Assembly (NCBI GenBank): GCA_963730155.1
Contig: CAVSQV010000003.1
Location: 2,938,496 to 3,002,495 of the forward strand
Origin: an uncultured Acidobacteriota bacterium
Lineage (GTDB): Bacteria > Acidobacteriota > Thermoanaerobaculia > Multivoradales > JBCCEF01
Length of the DNA: 64,000 nt
Direction of reading: 5' to 3'
The notes under the pieces were generated by a model, which did not search any database, was not told the origin of the DNA, and saw only the letters and a list, made by a program, of their open reading frames with translations. Made by a program: the position numbers and the translations under genes. This document shows, piece by piece, positions 59,117 through 64,000 of the stretch (its first letter is position 1; each line of letters starts with the position of its first letter).

Positions 59117-61301
59117 GACCCTGGCCTTCGGTTTCGGACTGCTGCTCTTCGCCGCCGCGCCCACGCTCGCCCAGGACGCGGAACCGCAGGAGGCGCCCGC
59201 GGCGACGCAGCCGGCCGGCCCCGAGGACGAGGCGGCCGATCCGACCTACCTCTTCGGCGACGAGGTCGAGGTGAAGGGCGAGCTGCCCTGGATCCCGTCG
59301 TCGAACACCGTCGCCGCCAAGCTCCCGCTGCCACTGCGCGAGACCCCGGCGAGCGTCTCGGTGATCCCGGGGCCGCTCCTCGCCGAGCAGGGGGCGAGGA
59401 TCCTCGGCGACGCGCTCGAGAACGTCTCCGGGCTCGGCGTCCACACCGGCAGCGGGGTGTTCGACTTCTTCGTCGTCCGCGGCCTCGACTCGGTGTCCTC
59501 CGGGCTGATTCTTTCCGACGGCGCACCCGAGCTCGAGACCACCTTCTACCAGCTCTACAACGTCGAGCGCGTCGAGGTCTTCAAGGGGCCGACCTCGTTC
59601 CTCTACGGCGGCGGCCCGCTCGCCGGCACCGTCAACCTGGTGCGCAAGCAGCCGTCGCCCGGCACCTTCGGCCGGGTCACCGCCGGCGCCGGCAGCTTCG
59701 ACACCTACGAGGCGACCGCGGACGTCAACGCCGGCTCGAAGGACGGCGCGCTGTCGTTCCGGGTCAACGGCCTCTGGCGGCAGTCCGACGGCTTCCGCGA
59801 CGGCCGCGAGAGCGACCTCGCGGCGCTCAACCCGGCGCTGACCTTCCGGCCGAGCGAGAGCTGGTCGCTCAACCTGAACGTCGAGCGGATCGACGCCGAG
59901 TACCTCTCGGACAACGGCCTGCCGCTCTTGTTCGACCAGCAGGGCGCGGCGACCATCGTCCCGGACGTGCCGCGCGAGCGCTCCTACCAGTCGCCGTTCG
60001 ACCTCTCCGACCAGGCGATCGACCGCGCCCAGCTCGACTGGGAGGCGATCGTGTCGCCGAACCTCCTGGTGCGCGACAAGGCCTACTGGCGGAGCATGGA
60101 GTGGGACTCGAAGGCGACCGCGTTCAGCGGCGTCGTGCCGATCCCGGTCCTCGGCGACCAGGTGATCCGCAACCTCCTGATGCTCGACGACGAGCAGGAG
60201 TTCCTGGGCAACCAGCTCGAGGCGATCGCGAGCCTGGGCGACGACTTCGTAACCCACGAGATCCTGTTCGGCGTCGAGGCGGTCCGCTACACCGACCGCT
60301 TCGGCTTCGATGTCGCCTTCCTCCCCCTGATCGGCCTCGACGACCCGGTCGAGACCGCGCCCGGCTCGATCGACCTCCTGCCGCGGATCCCCGGGCAGGC
60401 GCTCGGGGCCGACGCCGAGGTGACGACCATCGCCCCCTACGTGGTCGACCAGATCCGGATCGGCGAGCGCTTCACCGTCCTCGCCGGCGCGCGCTGGGAC
60501 ACGGTCGACTTCGAGGACGCCTTGGCCGGCACCCGGCGCGACGACGACGAGCTGTCGCCGATGCTCGGCGCGGTCTGGGCGCCGCGGGCGGAGACCTCGA
60601 TCTATGCCAACTACGCCGAAGCGTTCTCGCCGCCCTCGACCTTCACCCCGGCCGAGGACCGGGTGCCCGAGGACAGCGAACAGGCCGAGGCCGGGGTCAA
60701 GACCGCCCTCTTCGACGGCCGCGCCGAGGCGACCCTGGCGGCGTTCCGGATCGACCGCACCGGGGTCGCGATCCCCGATGCGACCGGCGTCGTACGCCAG
60801 ATCGGCGACCAGCGCTCGCAGGGGCTCGAGGCCGAGCTGCGCGGCACGGTCGGCGGCGACCGGCCGGCCTGGGTCTCGCGCCTGCGCTACCTGTTCGCCT
60901 ATGCCTACACCGACAGCGAGCTGACCGAGTACCGCGAGCAGCAGTTCCTCCTGGTGCCGCCGTTCGTGGTGGTGCGCGACTTCTCGGGCAACGACGCCCC
61001 GTTCACCCCGGCGCACACAGCGAGCCTCTGGCTCTCGACCACCCTGCCGCACGACGTCGGGCTCGGCGCCGGCGCGCGCTGGGTCTCCGACCAGTACATC
61101 GACGAGGACAACGCGTTCGCGATCGACGGCTACGCCACGCTCTCGGCGTCGGCGACCTGGGGCCGCGAACTCTGGCGCCTGCGCCTCAACCTCGACAACC
61201 TGACCGGCGAGGAGTACCTGACCCGCGGCTTCGGCGGCTTCTCGGTGATCCCGGCGCCGGGGTTCGCGGCGACGGCGCGGGTCGAGGTGGGGCTGTTTTG
61301 A
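59076..61301 (+). CDS. TonB-dependent receptor (siderophore or small-substrate type)
   Basis: 741 aa. Signal peptide and plug (..VSVIPGPLLAEQGARILGDALENVSGLGVHTG..VFKGPTSFLYGGGPLAGTVNLVRKQP). The barrel ends ..ARVEVGLF. An alternative GTG start at 59103 would reduce the overlap with the upstream gene to 14 nt. Confidence 0.85.
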   Translation: MSLGVGRWTVRRVETLAFGFGLLLFAAAPTLAQDAEPQEAPAATQPAGPEDEAADPTYLFGDEVEVKGELPWIPSSNTVAAKLPLPLRETPASVSVIPGPLLAEQGARILGDALENVSGLGVHTGSGVFDFFVVRGLDSVSSGLILSDGAPELETTFYQLYNVERVEVFKGPTSFLYGGGPLAGTVNLVRKQPSPGTFGRVTAGAGSFDTYEATADVNAGSKDGALSFRVNGLWRQSDGFRDGRESDLAALNPALTFRPSESWSLNLNVERIDAEYLSDNGLPLLFDQQGAATIVPDVPRERSYQSPFDLSDQAIDRAQLDWEAIVSPNLLVRDKAYWRSMEWDSKATAFSGVVPIPVLGDQVIRNLLMLDDEQEFLGNQLEAIASLGDDFVTHEILFGVEAVRYTDRFGFDVAFLPLIGLDDPVETAPGSIDLLPRIPGQALGADAEVTTIAPYVVDQIRIGERFTVLAGARWDTVDFEDALAGTRRDDDELSPMLGAVWAPRAETSIYANYAEAFSPPSTFTPAEDRVPEDSEQAEAGVKTALFDGRAEATLAAFRIDRTGVAIPDATGVVRQIGDQRSQGLEAELRGTVGGDRPAWVSRLRYLFAYAYTDSELTEYREQQFLLVPPFVVVRDFSGNDAPFTPAHTASLWLSTTLPHDVGLGAGARWVSDQYIDEDNAFAIDGYATLSASATWGRELWRLRLNLDNLTGEEYLTRGFGGFSVIPAPGFAATARVEVGLF

Positions 61302-62578
61302 GCGATCGCACCTGGGACGCGGTGGTGATCGGCGGCGGCCCGGCCGGCGCCACCGCGGCGACCCTGGTCGCCCTCCGCGGCCGCTCGGTGCTCCTGCTCG
61401 AGAAGGCGCCCGGGCCGCAGCTCAAGGTCGGTGAGTCGCTGATGCCGGCGACCTACTGGACCCTCGAGCGGCTGGGCATGCTCGAACGGATGCGGGCGAG
61501 CGACTTCCCGCGCAAGTACAGCGTCCAGTTCTACACCCGCGGCGGCCGCGCCTCGGCGCCGTTCTACTTCTTCGAGACCGACCCCGAGGAGTCCTCCCAG
61601 ACCTGGCAGGTGCTGCGGAGCGACTTCGACCGCCTGCTGCTCGAGAACGCCGCCGAGAAGGGGGTCGAGGTGCGCTTCGGCTCGGCGGTCGAGGCGGTGC
61701 GCTTCGAGCGCGGGGAGGAAGGCGAGGAGCCCCGCGCGGTCGGCGTGCGCGCCGCGATCGACGGCGGCGAGGTTCGCGACGTCGACGCCCGGGTGGTGAT
61801 CGACGCCAGCGGCCAGCGGGCGCTGATCTCCCGCTCGATGGGGCTCAAGGAGGACGACCCGCGGCTCCGCCACGCCGCCTACTGGAGCCACTTCAAGGGC
61901 GCCCGCCGCGATCCCGGGATCGACGAGGGGGCGACCCTGGTGCTGCGCACCGAGAGCCCGCGCAACTGGTTCTGGTTCATCCCGCTCCCGGGCGAGCGGA
62001 CCTCGATCGGGGTGGTCGGGCCGGTCGAGGACCTGGTTGACGGCGGCGACCCGGAGGCGGTCTTCGCGCGCGAGCTGGCGCGCTGCCCGGCGCTCGCCGA
62101 GCGGATGGCCGGGGCCGAGATGCTGATGCCGGTGCGGGTCGCCCGCGACTACTCGTACCTGAGCAGCCGGGTCGGCGGCAACGGCTGGGTGCTCGCCGGC
62201 GACGCCTTCGGCTTCCTCGACCCGCTCTACTCCTCGGGGGTGTTCCTGGCCCTGGAGTCGGGGGCGATGGCCGCCGACGCGGTGATCGACGCGCTCGACG
62301 CCGGCGACCTCTCGGCCGCGCGCCTCAACGCCCACGGCGAGCGCTACGCCGACGGCATCCGCGCGATCCGCCGGCTGGTCTACGCCTTCTACGACCCGGA
62401 GTTCAGCTTCGGCCGCTTCCTCGAGCGCTTCCCGGACCAGCGCCCCGGCATCGTCGACCTCCTGACCGGCAACGTCTTCCGCAAGCCCTACGAGGAGACC
62501 CTGGCGGCGCTCGACCTCTTCGCCGCCGAGCGCAGCGCCGCGGCGGTCGAGACCGCGGAGGCGGAGGCGCGCCGGTGA
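61298..62578 (+). CDS. Flavin-dependent halogenase-family protein (FAD-binding, WxWxIP motif)
   Basis: TTG start overlapping the TonB-receptor stop (TTGA). GxGxxG is WDAVVIGGGPAGATAA. The conserved Lys context is LKVGESLMP. The WxWxIP motif is SPRNWFWFIPLPGE. The second FAD motif is ..GWVLAGDAFGFLDPLYSSGV. Confidence 0.75.
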   Translation: MSDRTWDAVVIGGGPAGATAATLVALRGRSVLLLEKAPGPQLKVGESLMPATYWTLERLGMLERMRASDFPRKYSVQFYTRGGRASAPFYFFETDPEESSQTWQVLRSDFDRLLLENAAEKGVEVRFGSAVEAVRFERGEEGEEPRAVGVRAAIDGGEVRDVDARVVIDASGQRALISRSMGLKEDDPRLRHAAYWSHFKGARRDPGIDEGATLVLRTESPRNWFWFIPLPGERTSIGVVGPVEDLVDGGDPEAVFARELARCPALAERMAGAEMLMPVRVARDYSYLSSRVGGNGWVLAGDAFGFLDPLYSSGVFLALESGAMAADAVIDALDAGDLSAARLNAHGERYADGIRAIRRLVYAFYDPEFSFGRFLERFPDQRPGIVDLLTGNVFRKPYEETLAALDLFAAERSAAAVETAEAEARR

Positions 62579-62838
62579 GGGCGGCGCGGCAGGCGGCCGC
62601 GGCGGCGACCGCGGACGCGACGGCGCCGGCCCGGCACGGCGCGGCCTGGTTCTACCTCGGGCTCGGGCTGCTCTTCGCCCTTCATCACGACTTCTGGTTC
62701 TGGGACCGGCCGCGGCTGGTGCTCGGGCTCCCCGCCGGGCTCCTCTACCACGTCCTCTACTGCGTCGCCGCGGCGGGGCTGATGGCGTTCGCGGTGCGCC
62801 GCGCCTGGCCGCCGCCGGGCCTCGGCGACGGCGGCTGA
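62575..62838 (+). CDS. DUF3311-like small membrane protein (accessory to the sodium:solute symporter)
   Basis: GTG start overlapping the halogenase stop (GTGA). Two TM helices (WFYLGLGLLFALHHDFWFWDRPRLVLGLPAGLLYHVLYCVAAAGLMAFAV). Its position directly upstream of the symporter is typical. Confidence 0.6.
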   Translation: MRAARQAAAAATADATAPARHGAAWFYLGLGLLFALHHDFWFWDRPRLVLGLPAGLLYHVLYCVAAAGLMAFAVRRAWPPPGLGDGG

Positions 62839-62866
62839 TCCCACGAACGGGGCGGGGGGAGCAGCC

Positions 62867-64000
62867 GTGATCGAGGCCGTGGTCGGGGTCTATCTCGCGC
62901 TGGTGCTGGCGATCGGCTTCCTCGCCCGGCGCCGGCTCGCGGCCACCGGCGACGACTACTTCACCGCCAGCCGCACGATCGGGCCGGTGATCCTGCTCGC
63001 GACGCTCTTCGGCACCCACATGACCGCGTTCAGCCTGCTCGGCGCCTCGGGCGAGGCCTACCACCGCGGCGTCGGCGTCTTCAGCCTGATGGCGTCGTCC
63101 TCCGCCCTGGTGGTGCCGGCGGTCTTCTACTTCGTCGCCCCGCGCGTCTGGACGGTGTGCCGGCGCGGCGGCTTCCTGACCCAGGTCGAGCTGGTGGCCG
63201 CGCGCTGGGGCAGCCCGGCGCTGGCGCTGGCGGTGGGCGGGGCGCTGGTCGCGCTCCTCCTCCCCTACCTGGTGATCGGGATGATGGGCGGCGGCATCAC
63301 GATCACCGAGATCACCCGCGGCCGGGTGCCGGAGTGGGCCGGGGGGCTGGTGATCGCCGGCGTGGTGTTCGCCTACGTCGCCGCCGGCGGCGTGCGCGGC
63401 ACCTCGTGGGTCAACACCTTCCAGACCGTGGTCTTCGTCGTCCTCGGCGCGGTCACCGCCGGCGTGGTGATCGTGAAAGCCGGCGGCCTCGACGTGCTGG
63501 CCTCGCGGGTCGCCCCCGCGCTCCTGGTCCACGGCGACCGCGTGCCGCCGCTCGAGCTGCTCTCCTACGCGCTGATCCCGCTCTCGGCCGGCACCTTCCC
63601 GCACATCTTCACCCACTGGCTGAGCGCGCGCGGCCCCGAGACCTTCAAGCTGCCGATCGTCGCCTACCCGCTGTGCCTCGCCGCGGTGTGGCTGCCGAGC
63701 GTCCTGGTCGGCGTGCTGGCGAGCGCCGACCTCCCCGGCCTCGAGGGCCCGGCCGCCAACTCGGTGCTGATCCGGGCGATCGACCTCCACGCTCCCGGCG
63801 TCCTCACGGGCCTCCTGGCCGCCGGCATCTTCGCCGCGGTGATGAACTCGCTCGACAGCCAGGCCCTGGCGCTGTCGTCGATGGTCACCCGCGGCCTCGG
63901 AGCCCGCTCTCCCGCGGCCACGGCCTCCGCGGCCGCCGGCCGTCGCCAGCTCTTCGCCGGGCGCCTGTTCGTCGCCGCCGTCCTGGTCCTCACCTACGCC
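62867..64000 (+). CDS. Sodium:solute symporter (SSF) family transporter, 3'-truncated by the window end
   Basis: RBS ggcgggggga then GTG. The protein begins VIEAVVGVYLALVLAIGFLARRRLAATGDDYFTASRTIGPVILLATLFGTHMTAFSLLGASGEAY. The ORF is open to the window end at 64000. It is not in the track because it has no stop inside the window. Confidence 0.75.
   Translation, partial: MIEAVVGVYLALVLAIGFLARRRLAATGDDYFTASRTIGPVILLATLFGTHMTAFSLLGASGEAYHRGVGVFSLMASSSALVVPAVFYFVAPRVWTVCRRGGFLTQVELVAARWGSPALALAVGGALVALLLPYLVIGMMGGGITITEITRGRVPEWAGGLVIAGVVFAYVAAGGVRGTSWVNTFQTVVFVVLGAVTAGVVIVKAGGLDVLASRVAPALLVHGDRVPPLELLSYALIPLSAGTFPHIFTHWLSARGPETFKLPIVAYPLCLAAVWLPSVLVGVLASADLPGLEGPAANSVLIRAIDLHAPGVLTGLLAAGIFAAVMNSLDSQALALSSMVTRGLGARSPAATASAAAGRRQLFAGRLFVAAVLVLTYA

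Overview
This is a 64 kb, roughly 70-72% GC chromosomal segment that looks like it comes from a soil Acidobacteria-like bacterium. Evidence for that placement: TonB-dependent receptors with N-terminal carboxypeptidase-regulatory-like domains, DUF3857/transglutaminase proteins, and many BamB-like PQQ-repeat beta-propellers. In high-GC DNA the six-frame track is full of long antisense Arg/Gly-rich artefact ORFs, so I called genes on protein-like composition, recognisable motifs, ribosome-binding sites and gene packing. No rRNA, tRNA or CRISPR was found.

Content by region:
- 5' edge: a frameshifted HepT/DUF86 HEPN toxin remnant sits next to a TIR-domain single-pass membrane protein.
- 1.3-7.4 kb: three ATP-dependent carboxylate-amine ligases (ATP-grasp, GCS2, RLAN-RimK) surround a secreted PAP2/vanadium-haloperoxidase-like protein.
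- 7.5-17 kb: an OmpW-like barrel, a DoxX protein, a TonB receptor, small secreted proteins, an OsmC protein, a DMT transporter and a DUF3857/transglutaminase protein.
- 17-22.6 kb: a chito-oligosaccharide-like module made of a GH2 lipoprotein, a tandem-SIS protein and an LmbE deacetylase.
- 24-26.4 kb: an AbrB-type antitoxin-like gene is translationally coupled to a 4xS1 RNA-binding protein, followed by an orphan AbiEi-like gene.
- 27.4-33.5 kb: an RND tripartite efflux operon that is heavily frameshifted, headed by an intact small Nif11/NHLP-like protein.
- 33.8-46.9 kb: an amidohydrolase, two type II toxin-antitoxin pairs (UPF0175/DUF3368 and DUF433/DUF5615-like PIN), a frameshifted sigma54 GAF activator, Ada, CopA, a Na+/Ca2+ exchanger and ExbD.
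- 47.3-64 kb: a 12-gene co-directional array. It holds four PQQ-repeat propellers, a LuxE/PaaK-like adenylating enzyme, a LuxC-like acyl-CoA reductase, an Fe-alcohol dehydrogenase, a HemN-like radical SAM enzyme, a TonB receptor, a flavin-dependent halogenase (WxWxIP motif), and a DUF3311 protein with a sodium:solute symporter.

Frameshifts are concentrated in three blocks (27.4-33.3 kb, 37.4-39.5 kb, 47.3-57.7 kb). One in-frame TAG occurs inside the radical SAM gene. The flanking genes are intact. Coordinates of the fragmented genes are approximate. One block of ORF-track coordinates near 52 kb differed from my manual indexing by 1 nt.
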